Part shown: positions 1 to 9,277 of the stretch, one piece after another
Position numbering within the stretch: position 1 is the first letter of the stretch
Layout of the letters: every line of letters begins with the position of its first letter
NCBI GenBank assembly: GCA_038321865.1
Contig: JBBQFH010000028.1
Span: forward strand, 1-47,579
Source of the DNA: Gemmatimonadales bacterium
Lineage (GTDB): Bacteria > Gemmatimonadota > Gemmatimonadetes > Gemmatimonadales > GWC2-71-9
Reading direction: 5' to 3'
Length of the DNA: 47,579 nt
Position numbers and translations under genes: made by a program
Notes under the pieces: model-generated
Told to the model about the DNA's origin: nothing
What the model saw: only the letters and a program-made list of their open reading frames with translations
Databases searched by the model: none

Positions 1-847
1 GCGCCCGGCGCGCCGCGCGCGCATCGGCGTGCTGCTCGACATCCGCGATCCGGTTCCCGAGTTGTTTCAAAGCAAGTTCGGCCACCGGCCACTGGCCCGG
101 CAGGGCGTCTGGCTCGCCCGCCGCGAGGAGGTGCTCGCGTCGCGCGGGGCCGATCTGGTGGTGACTGTCAACGAGCCGCACCGCCAGCTGACCGAAGCGC
201 ACGGCGTGGACCCGCGCAAGCTTCGCGTCGTGCTCAACACCGCCGACGCCAAGCTGTTTCCCATGCTGCCGCCGCGGCCGTCGTCGCCCTTCCTCGCCTA
301 CCACGGCACGGTGGCGGCCAGGATGGGGCTGGACGTGGTGCTGGAGTCCGTCGCGGCGCTCCGGGCCGGGGGACATCCGATCGAGGCGGCGATCTGGGGC
401 GACGGCGATGGCGTGTCCGACCTGCAGGCCGTACGCGACCGCCTGGGCCTCGGCACGGCGGTATCGATCACCGGCGAGCGGTTCCGGATGGATGAGCTGC
501 TGCCGAAACTGGCCCGGGTCGGCATCGGCCTGGTGCCGCTCCGGCGGGATCCGTTCACCGACGTCATTCTCTCGACCAAGCTGATGGAGTACGTCCGGCT
601 CGGGATCCCGACCGTCGTGATGTGGACACCGACGCTGGCGCACTATTTCCCCGATGACACGGTCACCTACGTGCGCGAGCTCACGCCGACGGCGTGGGCG
701 GACGCCATCCGGCGGGTGCTGCGCGATCCCGCGGAGGCGCAGGCGCGCGCGGTGCGCGCCCAGGGGCTTCGGGTGGCACAGGCGTGGCAGGCCTCCGAGG
801 GCGAGTTCGTGGCGCTGGTGCGGGAGGTGTCGCGCCTGCGGTCCTGA
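1..847 (+). CDS. Glycosyltransferase family 4 (GT-B), 5'-truncated by the window edge
   Basis: Frame is open from position 2. Contains LLDIRDPVPELF, YHGTVAARMGLD and a C-terminal 'STKLMEYVRLGIPTV' resembling the GT4 K-x-x-E-Y...G-x-P motif. Polysaccharide-locus context. Confidence 0.85.
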   Translation, partial: RPARRARIGVLLDIRDPVPELFQSKFGHRPLARQGVWLARREEVLASRGADLVVTVNEPHRQLTEAHGVDPRKLRVVLNTADAKLFPMLPPRPSSPFLAYHGTVAARMGLDVVLESVAALRAGGHPIEAAIWGDGDGVSDLQAVRDRLGLGTAVSITGERFRMDELLPKLARVGIGLVPLRRDPFTDVILSTKLMEYVRLGIPTVVMWTPTLAHYFPDDTVTYVRELTPTAWADAIRRVLRDPAEAQARAVRAQGLRVAQAWQASEGEFVALVREVSRLRS

Positions 848-943
848 CTACCGAAACGGCTCCCGGCCGTTAGCTTTCCGCCGCACCCGACCGGCCTCGA
901 GCGCCGGCATGCCTGACCCCATTCTTGCCCGAGTAGAGCTGCC

Positions 944-2122
944 ATGCGAGTGCCTTTCACCGACCTCCGCGCGATGCACGAAGAAGTGCGCGGCGAGATC
1001 GAGCGCGGCTGGAGCGCGATCATCGATCAGTCCGCGTTCATCGGCGGCAAGCCGGTCACCGATTTCGAGCGCTCGTTTGCCGAGTATTGCGGTACTGGTC
1101 ACTGCGTCGGGGTCGGGAGCGGCACCGACTCCATCCGCGTGGCGCTGCAGGCCGTCGGGGTCACCCACGGCGACCTGGTGCTCACGGTGCCGCACACGTT
1201 CATCGCGTCGGCCGAGGGGATTGCGCAATGCGGCGCGGCGCCGGTGTTCGTGGACGTGGACCCGCTGTCGTACACGATGGACGTGGGGCTGGCCGAGCGG
1301 TTCCTGACCGATGCGTGCGAGACGCGGAAGGGCCTGCTGGTCGAGAAGCTGAGCGGGCGGCGCGTCTCAGCGATCCTTCCCGTGCATCTCTACGGGCAGT
1401 CCGCGGACATCGACCCGCTGCTGGCGCTCGCCCGGCGATTCGGCATCAAGCTGGTCGAGGATGCGGCCCAGGCGCACGGCGCCACCTATCGCGGCCGGCT
1501 CTGCGGCAGCCTGGCCGATGCGGCCGCGTTCAGCTTCTATCCCGGCAAGAACCTGGGTGCCATGGGCGAGGCGGGGGCGATCACGACGAACAACGCCGGC
1601 GTGGTCGAGCGCTCGAAGATCCTGCGCGAGCACGGCCAGAAGGAGCGCTACATCCACGTCACGGCCGAGGGCAGCAACGCGCGGCTCGACGCGGTGCAGG
1701 CGGTGGTGCTCAACGCGAAGCTGCCGAAGATGGCGGAGTGGACCCGCATGCGGCAGCGCGCCGCGGGGTGGTACGCCGAGCGGCTCCAGGGCGCCAACCT
1801 GGTCGTGCCGGCCGAGCTCGAGTACGGCACGCACGTCTGGCATCTGTATGTGGTGCAGGTGGAAGAGCGGGACCGGGTGCGGAAGCTGCTCGACGAGCGC
1901 GGCATCGGCACCGGTCTCCACTATCCAGTGCCGCTGCACCTTCAGGAGGCGTATCGCGACATGGGCTTCGGTCCCGGCGCGTTTCCCGTCTCCGAGCAGG
2001 TCGCGTCGCGCGGGCTGTCGCTGCCGATGTTTCCCCACATCACGCAGGAGCAGGTGGAGTACGTCGCCGATGCCTTGCGCGAGGCGGTGGGGGCGTCCCT
2101 CGCGGTGAGCGGAGCACGCTGA
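944..2122 (+). CDS. DegT/DnrJ/EryC1/StrS family PLP-dependent sugar aminotransferase
   Basis: Motifs SGTDS, PVHLYGQ, EDAAQAHGA, FSFYPGKNLG (PLP lysine) and SLPMFP. Confidence 0.95.
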   Translation: MRVPFTDLRAMHEEVRGEIERGWSAIIDQSAFIGGKPVTDFERSFAEYCGTGHCVGVGSGTDSIRVALQAVGVTHGDLVLTVPHTFIASAEGIAQCGAAPVFVDVDPLSYTMDVGLAERFLTDACETRKGLLVEKLSGRRVSAILPVHLYGQSADIDPLLALARRFGIKLVEDAAQAHGATYRGRLCGSLADAAAFSFYPGKNLGAMGEAGAITTNNAGVVERSKILREHGQKERYIHVTAEGSNARLDAVQAVVLNAKLPKMAEWTRMRQRAAGWYAERLQGANLVVPAELEYGTHVWHLYVVQVEERDRVRKLLDERGIGTGLHYPVPLHLQEAYRDMGFGPGAFPVSEQVASRGLSLPMFPHITQEQVEYVADALREAVGASLAVSGAR

Positions 2123-2138
2123 CGCCCCCCGCGCCGGG

Positions 2139-3116
2139 ATGAAGGTCCTGGTCGTCACCAACATGTATCCCACGCCGGATCGGCCATACTTCGGCATCTT
2201 TGTCGAACGCCAGGTCGCGGCGCTGCGCCGGGCCGGCGTGGACGTCGCGCTGGAGATCGTCTCGGCTGATCGCGGCGAGGCCGATTATCTGCTCGGCCGC
2301 GGCCGCGTCAGGGACGCAGTCAGCAAAGTCCGCCCCCACCTCATCCACTGCCACTACGGATACACACCGCTGGCCGCCGCGTTCTCGGGCGTGCCCTACA
2401 TCGTCACGCTCTGCGGGGATGATATCAACGGCCAGTCGGACGGCCGCGGCGGCATCACCCTGAAGAGCCGCGCGGGCGTTTTCGTCACGCAGCTGTTCGC
2501 CGCGGGCGCGCGACGGGTGATCGTCAAGAGTGAGGAGATGCGCCGGCACCTGTGGCCGGTCGCTCGCCGGAAGAGCGAGATGCTGCCCAACGGGGTGGAC
2601 CTCGATCTCTTTTCGCCCGGTTCGCGGGTGGACGCGCGCCGGCGACTCGGCATTCCTTCCGATGGGCTGGTTCTGGGCTTCGTCAACAGCATCCGGCAGC
2701 CGACCAAGCGGCTCGACCTGGCCGAGGCGGTGCGCGACGAGCTCGCGAGTCGCCGGATCGCGGCCCATCTGTTGGTCGTGGATGCGGTGCCCGCCGCCGA
2801 CATGCCGTGGTACTACCGTGCAGCCGACTGTCTGCTGATGACCTCCGACCGTGAGGGTGCGCCCAACTGCGTGCGCGAGGCGCTGGCCTGTGGCACTCCG
2901 GTGGTCGGCGTGCCGGTCGGCGACCTGCCCGAACTCATCAGCACGCCGGCGATGGGGCGGGTGACGGAACGCGACCCGGCCCGGCTCGCTGACGCGGTGC
3001 TCTCACTCCCTCCCGCTCCCGATGTGCGGATGAGCCTCCTGCCGGCAGAGTTCGGGCAGTCCGCGGTAATCGAGCGGCTGATCGCGATCTACCGGCAGGA
3101 GACGGGGAACAACTGA
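2139..3116 (+). CDS. Glycosyltransferase family 4 (TuaC-like)
   Basis: MKVLVVTNMYP N-terminus, PNGVD, and SDREGAPNCVREALACGTPVV (EX7E motif). Confidence 0.9.
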   Translation: MKVLVVTNMYPTPDRPYFGIFVERQVAALRRAGVDVALEIVSADRGEADYLLGRGRVRDAVSKVRPHLIHCHYGYTPLAAAFSGVPYIVTLCGDDINGQSDGRGGITLKSRAGVFVTQLFAAGARRVIVKSEEMRRHLWPVARRKSEMLPNGVDLDLFSPGSRVDARRRLGIPSDGLVLGFVNSIRQPTKRLDLAEAVRDELASRRIAAHLLVVDAVPAADMPWYYRAADCLLMTSDREGAPNCVREALACGTPVVGVPVGDLPELISTPAMGRVTERDPARLADAVLSLPPAPDVRMSLLPAEFGQSAVIERLIAIYRQETGNN

Positions 3117-3117
3117 C

Positions 3118-5049
3118 ATGTGCGGCATCGCCGGGATGGTGCGGATCCGCGGTTCTGCCGCATCGGCCTCGAACGCCGAAGCGGTCCTCGACGCACTGGC
3201 ACTTCGCGGCCCGGATTCCCGGGCCCACTGGACGGAGGGCGGCGCGGAGTTGTTCCACTGCCGGCTCCGCGTCATCGATGTGTCCGCGCGCGCCGACCAG
3301 CCCATGGAACGCACCGGGCCCGGTGGCGAGCGCGTCGTCGTCGTGTACAACGGCGAGATCTACAACTATCGGGCGCTGCGCGACGAGCTGAGCCGCGGCG
3401 GCTGGAGCTTCTCGACCACCTCCGACACCGAGGTGCTGCTCGCCGGCTATCTGGCGTGGGGGACGGATGTGTTCCGCCGCGCCCGGGGCATGTGGGCGGC
3501 CGCGTTCTGGCATCCGGTCTCCGGCCGGCTGGTGCTCTCGCGGGACCCGCTCGGCAAGAAGCCGCTCGTCTACGCGACGACGCCGAACGGCATCGTCTTC
3601 GCGTCCAGCGTCGCCGCGCTGCTGCCGCTCTTGGACGCGACCCCGGCGGTCGATCCCGCCGCTCTCGACTGCTATCTCGGGCACCTCGTTGTCCCGTTCG
3701 AGCATTCGATCTTTCAGGGCATTGCCAAGGTGCCACCGGGGGCGTCGGTCGAATGGTCGGAGACCGCGGGGCCGAAGACCGTCGGATTCTGGCAGGTGCG
3801 CGGCGCGCCAGGGGAGGTAGCTGCTGATCCGACCGCCGAGCTCGAGGCGCTGCTGCGCCAGGCGGTGCGCCGCCGCCTCGAGAGTGACGTGCCGCTCGGC
3901 GTATTTCTGAGCGCGGGGTTCGACTCCGGGCTGGTCGCGGCCATCGCGGCTGAGGAGAGCGGGAAGCGTTTGGTGGCGGTCACCGCCGGGACGACCGGGT
4001 CGGAGTTCGACGAGCGGCCGCTCGCCCGGCTGGTGGCGGACCGATACGGACTGGACTTCCATCCGCTCGAAGTGGGCAGCGTGAGTGCGGACGCGCTCCC
4101 CATGCTTCTCTCGCTCCTCGGAGAGCCGTTCGGCGACTCCAGCATCCTTCCGTCCTACGAGGTCGCACGTGCTGCGCGGCGCGACATCACCGTCGCGCTC
4201 ACGGGAGATGGCGGGGATGAGGGTTTCTTCGGCTACACCGCCTTCCGCGGCGTACGGATCGCCGAGGCGTACCGCCGGGCGGTGCCGGCCGGCCTCCGCT
4301 CCGCGCTGTGCCGGCTCGGCGCAGTGGACGGCGCGAGCCCGCTGCTGCGCCGTTTCGCGGCCGTGCTCGAGTACGGTGAATCGCCGCTGGCCCAGGGGTT
4401 CCGGAACCGACAGGCATTCGGACCGGCGGCACGGCGGGGGCTGATGCGGGCCGATGTCGGCGGGCACCGCGCGGAGCACGTCTTCGCTGAGCGGCTGGAG
4501 CGGTGGGCCGGACTGCCGGATGCGGATGCGTTGCGCCGCACGTGGATCGAAACCCATCTCCCCAACGACTATCTGACCAAGGTGGACACGGCGACGATGG
4601 CGGCCTCGCTGGAGGCGCGGAGCCCCTTTCTCGATCTCGACGTCGTGGAGTTCGCGCTCCGGATGCCGGCCAGTGTCGCGTTCGCGGGCGGCCGTCCCAA
4701 GGCGCTGCTTCGGCCGCTGGCGCGGCGCATGCTGCCGGCCGAGATCCTCAACCGCCCGAAGCTCGGCTTCGGGGTGCCGGTCGGCGCATGGATGCGCGGC
4801 CCACTGCGGCCGAGTCTCGAAGAGTTCGTGTTCCGCACCGACACGCACATGGCGCAGCTGATCGATCCCGCCGCGGCACGCGCGCTCGCGGCGGCGCATG
4901 CGGCGGGGGCAGACCACAGCGGGCGGCTGTGGGCGCTGCTGGCGCTTGGCGTCTGGTGCGCCGTGACGGTGGAGCGCCGCTGGCCGCCCGGCGACGGGAT
5001 GCCGCGGGATGGGAACCGGGTGACACATCGGTCCCTGAGCGTCGCGTGA
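3118..5049 (+). CDS. asnB: AsnB-family glutamine-dependent amidotransferase (probably polysaccharide-modifying), copy 1
   Basis: N-terminal MCGIAG (Ntn cysteine), NGEIYNY, SDTEV, LSAGFDSG (variant ATP loop), GDGGDE, EARSPFLD and KLGFGVP. Confidence 0.92.
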   Translation: MCGIAGMVRIRGSAASASNAEAVLDALALRGPDSRAHWTEGGAELFHCRLRVIDVSARADQPMERTGPGGERVVVVYNGEIYNYRALRDELSRGGWSFSTTSDTEVLLAGYLAWGTDVFRRARGMWAAAFWHPVSGRLVLSRDPLGKKPLVYATTPNGIVFASSVAALLPLLDATPAVDPAALDCYLGHLVVPFEHSIFQGIAKVPPGASVEWSETAGPKTVGFWQVRGAPGEVAADPTAELEALLRQAVRRRLESDVPLGVFLSAGFDSGLVAAIAAEESGKRLVAVTAGTTGSEFDERPLARLVADRYGLDFHPLEVGSVSADALPMLLSLLGEPFGDSSILPSYEVARAARRDITVALTGDGGDEGFFGYTAFRGVRIAEAYRRAVPAGLRSALCRLGAVDGASPLLRRFAAVLEYGESPLAQGFRNRQAFGPAARRGLMRADVGGHRAEHVFAERLERWAGLPDADALRRTWIETHLPNDYLTKVDTATMAASLEARSPFLDLDVVEFALRMPASVAFAGGRPKALLRPLARRMLPAEILNRPKLGFGVPVGAWMRGPLRPSLEEFVFRTDTHMAQLIDPAAARALAAAHAAGADHSGRLWALLALGVWCAVTVERRWPPGDGMPRDGNRVTHRSLSVA

Positions 5050-6686
5050 CGGCTTCTCCACGCACTCTCGTCGTGGATGGCCTGCCGGTCCTGCCCGAGC
5101 ACTGGCACCGCTGGGCCATCGCATTGGCTCTGCCCGCCACGCTCATCGGTGTGTTCCTGTATCCCGACATCCATCTTGGAGTCATGCCGCTATCGGCAGC
5201 CCTCGCGATCATCCTGGTGGTGGCCGGCGGCCTCGTGCTCGGCGGACAACTCCGGCTGCTGGTGCTGCTCCCGCTCGTGGCCAGCTTCCTCCCATCCTTG
5301 CAGATCGGATTTGCTGCATATCTGATCGCCATCGTCTACTTTCTTGCCGACTACGGAGGCGAGCGGCTGGTGCGGCCGCTCGACGAAGTGGACTGGGCGT
5401 TGCTCGCCATGCTGCTCTGGACGGTGATGAGCTGGCTGGTCAACCTCGGCACCCAGACCGACCTGTGGTCGCTGCCCGTATTCGCCGTGACGTTTCTTTC
5501 GCCGTGGTTGCTGCTCTTCCTCGCGCGGGCGGCCCCCTGGACGGACCATGAGCTGCGGACGATCATCGGCGTGTGGCTTGCGCTGGTTGTCGCCCAGATC
5601 GCGCCTGCGCTGATCAAGCCGCTGGTGATGCGGACGCCGGAATCATACGAGGTACCGCTCGTCATCTTTCAGATCAGCAAGCTCTCGCTGCTTCGTGACC
5701 TCGTGGTGGGGGATGCATCTGACCTCACGTTCGGCACGACGTCGAGCGCGCATCATCTCGGATCCGCCATGCTGCTCGGCATCGTCCTCGTCGCGTCGCT
5801 CGCAGTCGCGCGCGGGAGACGCGCGGTGTCCTGGCTGCTGGCCGCCATGATCTTCGTGTTCATGATGACCGACTCCAAGCACCTGATTCTGGCGGCGCTG
5901 CCAGCGGGCCTCATCTGGTTCAGACTCGTTGCCTGGCCCGAGCTGACCCGGACTGCGCGTCGGTGGATCTCCGTGCTGGGAATCGGGCTGGGCGTGACTG
6001 CAGGGCCGTACATGGCCGTCCAGACGGCCAAGGTCGTGATCGAGGACGTGTGGCAGCCATATATTGCCCTCGCCACCATCAATCCGAAGGCCCAGCTTTT
6101 CATCCGGACCGCTGGCCTGCTGGCTCGAAACGATCTCAATACCTGGGTGGGATTCGGTCCGGGAAGCTTTGCGACACGGGCCGCCACGATACGCGCGACC
6201 AATGTGCTGTTCAAGGAGGAGAACCGGTTACCCGCGTTCATCCCGGCCTATACCGGCCCCGCATATCGAAGTGTCGCGTACGACCTGTACACGAGTCAGG
6301 TGGCGGAAACCGTGCGATTTCGGAGCGGGGCTTTGACCAATCCGTTCAGCAGCCTCGCGGGCATCGTGGCGGAATACGGAATCGGCGGGACGATGGTCGT
6401 GGCATTTTTCCTCTGGCGGGTCACTCGCATGGGGTATCGGCGCTGGCGGGACACCTCGCTCGCGGCAACCTGGCGGGCGGCCGGTGCGACGGTCGGGTTC
6501 GGCATTCCCTACCTTGTGCTGCTGGGGATATTCGACAGCTACTTCGAACAGCCGGACGTTACCGCGCCGCTCATCCTGCTTGCGATCGTGGCGCTGGTCG
6601 CGCCCGATCGCCGACCGGCGTCAGGCTCGGCGGCCGAGGGCGGAGCGGAGCTCCTGGTACCCGGCGGGGTCGAGTCGACGCGCTGA
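5046..6686 (+). CDS. Multi-pass membrane protein, putative Wzy polymerase / O-antigen-ligase-like
   Basis: GTG at 5046 overlaps the asnB stop (GTGA); the longer ORF-track start at 4503 lies inside asnB. Many hydrophobic segments, a large late hydrophilic loop containing GFGPGSF, and 'NPFSSLAGIVAEYGIGG'. Lies next to wzz and wzx. Function is inferred. Confidence 0.6.
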   Translation: MTASPRTLVVDGLPVLPEHWHRWAIALALPATLIGVFLYPDIHLGVMPLSAALAIILVVAGGLVLGGQLRLLVLLPLVASFLPSLQIGFAAYLIAIVYFLADYGGERLVRPLDEVDWALLAMLLWTVMSWLVNLGTQTDLWSLPVFAVTFLSPWLLLFLARAAPWTDHELRTIIGVWLALVVAQIAPALIKPLVMRTPESYEVPLVIFQISKLSLLRDLVVGDASDLTFGTTSSAHHLGSAMLLGIVLVASLAVARGRRAVSWLLAAMIFVFMMTDSKHLILAALPAGLIWFRLVAWPELTRTARRWISVLGIGLGVTAGPYMAVQTAKVVIEDVWQPYIALATINPKAQLFIRTAGLLARNDLNTWVGFGPGSFATRAATIRATNVLFKEENRLPAFIPAYTGPAYRSVAYDLYTSQVAETVRFRSGALTNPFSSLAGIVAEYGIGGTMVVAFFLWRVTRMGYRRWRDTSLAATWRAAGATVGFGIPYLVLLGIFDSYFEQPDVTAPLILLAIVALVAPDRRPASGSAAEGGAELLVPGGVESTR

Positions 6687-7655
6687 CCAGCCGCTGGCCC
6701 GGAGCGCGACGAAGACAATAGCCAGTGCGGCGCCCAGAATGCCCCCGGTGACGACCATGCGGACGCGCTTCGGAAAGTCACGGTAGACCGGCGCTTCCGG
6801 CGCCTGGACGAGGGTGAACACGGGGGTGTCGCGGACTTCATCCACCTTGGCGTCCTCGAGCTCGCGGGCCAGTCGCGCGTAGGCCTCGGTGAGTACGTCG
6901 ATGCGGCGCTGGATCTGCTGGCGCTGCAACGCCAGCCGCGGGATGTTGTCGACGCCGGCCTTGTTGGCCTCGAGCAGCGCCCGCAGCGTTCCCTCGGCCT
7001 GACCGAGCTCCTCGCGCGAGCGCACCAGTTCCCGCTCGGCGAAACGACGGCGCTCATTCGCCGACGTGTGGCGGGTACCGAAGTTGAATTGCTCGAGGTG
7101 GTGGTAGAGCCGATCAGCCACCTGGGCGGCCAGAGCGGGGTCGGGCAGCACGACGTCCAGGGTAATGGTGCCGGTGCGATCGTTGGTGGCGGTCGCGATC
7201 GCCTTGCCGCCGAGATAGTCGACCGCGTCGCTGAGCCGGTGCGCCTGATCCGCTCCCTTGATGCTCAGGATATCCACCAACGGGCGCTGACCGCCTGAGT
7301 GCTTCGGATCGGGAAACGAATCGAGCGCGATCTGTTCCAGCAGGTCCCGGCCTGTCAGCACGTCCGCGAAGAACGAGAGCGACCGGGTGCCGGCGAGGGC
7401 GCCGGCGCCCAGCTGACCGGCCAGGGCCGCCAGCCCGCCCGACCCGGCGTTCATCGTGCGTTCTTCCAGCGCGAATTTCACGGTGGCGCGATAACGCGGC
7501 GTCGCCAGCATCGCCCACGCACCCGCGATCACGGCGCCGGCGAGGCCGACGAAGGCCACCAGCCAGATGTGCCGCGTGACCGCCGCGACGAGCCGAAGCA
7601 GCGACGTCGGTGGGCGCGGCTCGGCTGAAGCGGACTGATTCGGCATGGAGTTCAT
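6621..7655 (-). CDS. Polysaccharide chain-length determinant / co-polymerase (Wzz-like)
   Basis: N-terminal TM followed by TPRYRAT, a central coiled-coil region, then Pro-rich 'VQAPEAPVYRDFPKR' before the second TM. Likely start is ATG 7655 or 7646. Confidence 0.8.
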   Translation of the reverse strand: MNSMPNQSASAEPRPPTSLLRLVAAVTRHIWLVAFVGLAGAVIAGAWAMLATPRYRATVKFALEERTMNAGSGGLAALAGQLGAGALAGTRSLSFFADVLTGRDLLEQIALDSFPDPKHSGGQRPLVDILSIKGADQAHRLSDAVDYLGGKAIATATNDRTGTITLDVVLPDPALAAQVADRLYHHLEQFNFGTRHTSANERRRFAERELVRSREELGQAEGTLRALLEANKAGVDNIPRLALQRQQIQRRIDVLTEAYARLARELEDAKVDEVRDTPVFTLVQAPEAPVYRDFPKRVRMVVTGGILGAALAIVFVALRASGWSARRLDPAGYQELRSALGRRA

Positions 7656-7665
7656 AGGCCGGCGA

Positions 7666-7694
7666 AACGTCGCGCGTCTCGTCAGGGACGTCAA
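7666..7694 (-). promoter_or_regulatory. Putative sigma70 promoter for the wzz-like gene
   Basis: Minus strand TTGACG-N17-GACGTT, 10 nt before ATG 7655. The -10 element is imperfect. Confidence 0.4.
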
Positions 7695-7714
7695 GGTGGC
7701 ACACGGATCGGAGG

Positions 7715-9196
7715 ATGATGGCTTCGGGTTCCCGGCGGCTCCTCGGCGCCACGATGGTCTACGGAGCAGGTGAGGCACTCAGCCGGTTCATCAACCTGCT
7801 GTTGCTCCCGCTGTTCACCGCCTACCTCTCGCCGAGCGAGTACGGCGTCATCGCCATTCTTGCCATCATCCCGTTTCTCGTTCGTCCGGTCTTTTCGCTC
7901 GGACTGGAGACGGCGATGGGCGTCGCCTATTTCGGCCGTCCGGATCGCGAATACCGGAGCGGCGTCGTCTGGACGGCGCTGGCGATTCTCGTCACGACGT
8001 CCGCGCTGATGCTGGTCGGCGGGATCGGCGCGGCGAGCCGCGTGAGCGTCGTGAGCCTCGGCAGCGCCGCCTTCACTCCCCTCGTGGTGCTCACGCTGTT
8101 GAGCGCGGCTGCCGTGATGCTCACGCAGCCGCTGTTGCAGGAGCTGCAGTTCGAGGGAAGGGCGCGCCTGTATGTCACGCTCAACACGGCCGGCACCCTG
8201 GCCTCCATCGGCCTTGCCATCCTGTTTGTGGTGGTGCTTCGCCGGGGCGTCCGGGGGTGGGTGGAGGCGGATGTGATTGCCCGGGCGATCGTGCTCGCAC
8301 TCTTCGCGGGGCCGGCGCTGCTGGCGAGACGCCCGCAGTTCCGCCGGGACATCGCGCGGGAGCTGATCCGCCTTGGCCTTCCCATGGTCCCCGGGTTCGC
8401 CTTCGCCTTCGTGCTGCAGCAGGGCAACAAGTACATCCTCCAGTGGCTCAGCGGGCTGTCAGCGGTTGGACTGTACAACGTGGGCTTCAGCATCGGCATG
8501 GCGGGGCTGGGCATGCCCGTGGCGGCATTCCAGCGCGCCTGGACTCCGCACTTCATGGACTATATCGGGCGCCGGGATGAAGCGCGCGTGGCCTTCGGCC
8601 GGATCATGACGCACTACGTCTTCGGCTTCGGGCTGCTGAGCCTTATGGCGTTCATCGGCGCGCGCGCCATCGTACTCGTTCTCACGCAACCCGCGTTTCA
8701 TTCCGCGTATCGTACGCTGGGCCTCGGTGCGGCGGCCCAGTTTCTGTTCGGCGGATTTCTCATCCTCCTGCCCGGCCCATACTTCGAACGCGACGTGAAG
8801 TCCACGATGCTGATGCAGGGGCTCGCCGCGGCCGTCGCGGTCGCCGCCAACCTGCTGCTGATTCCGATGTTCGGCATTGTCGGTGCCGGGCTCGGCATGG
8901 TGACCGGGGCGCTGGCCCAGATCGCGTTCCAGCATTGGCGCAACCGCACCCGCCAGTACCTCGACGTGCGCTACGACTGGCCGCGGATCGGCCGGTTCGC
9001 CATGCTGTACGTGGCGATCGCGGCGGCGAGCCTGGTCCAGCGGTCCTTCCCGCTGTGGCTCGAGCTGACGCTGGACGTGCTGGTCGCGATCGCGGTGACG
9101 CTGATGGCCTTCGCCCTTCTTGACGGCGATGATCGCGCGCGTGTTCGAAGCCTGCTGCGAGACACCCTCCGTCGAGGTCCGCCGGCCGCGGCCTGA
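7715..9196 (+). CDS. wzx: Polysaccharide flippase (Wzx, MOP superfamily)
   Basis: 'INLLLLPLFTAYLSPSEYG' N-terminal signature, 'AVGLYNVG' and 'NLLLIPMFGIVGA'. Many TM segments over 493 aa. Confidence 0.88.
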   Translation: MMASGSRRLLGATMVYGAGEALSRFINLLLLPLFTAYLSPSEYGVIAILAIIPFLVRPVFSLGLETAMGVAYFGRPDREYRSGVVWTALAILVTTSALMLVGGIGAASRVSVVSLGSAAFTPLVVLTLLSAAAVMLTQPLLQELQFEGRARLYVTLNTAGTLASIGLAILFVVVLRRGVRGWVEADVIARAIVLALFAGPALLARRPQFRRDIARELIRLGLPMVPGFAFAFVLQQGNKYILQWLSGLSAVGLYNVGFSIGMAGLGMPVAAFQRAWTPHFMDYIGRRDEARVAFGRIMTHYVFGFGLLSLMAFIGARAIVLVLTQPAFHSAYRTLGLGAAAQFLFGGFLILLPGPYFERDVKSTMLMQGLAAAVAVAANLLLIPMFGIVGAGLGMVTGALAQIAFQHWRNRTRQYLDVRYDWPRIGRFAMLYVAIAAASLVQRSFPLWLELTLDVLVAIAVTLMAFALLDGDDRARVRSLLRDTLRRGPPAAA

Positions 9197-9277
9197 CCGG
9201 CGGCCGGTTGAAAATGCGCGGTGGGGCGGCGAAGTTAGGCCGTCTCGCACGAACCTCATCGGAAGCGGAGCGCCACC

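Noticed and set aside
4503..5045. N-terminal extension of the 727-aa ORF
   Set aside because: It lies inside asnB in another frame; the GTGA overlap at 5046 gives a better start.
2938..5124. Long antisense or alternate-frame ORFs (728 aa here; also 11015-12751, 27703-29520, 34545-36602, 38546-41275 and others)
   Set aside because: They are shadow ORFs of high-GC genes: Arg/Pro/Ala-rich, without motifs, and overlapping well-supported genes.
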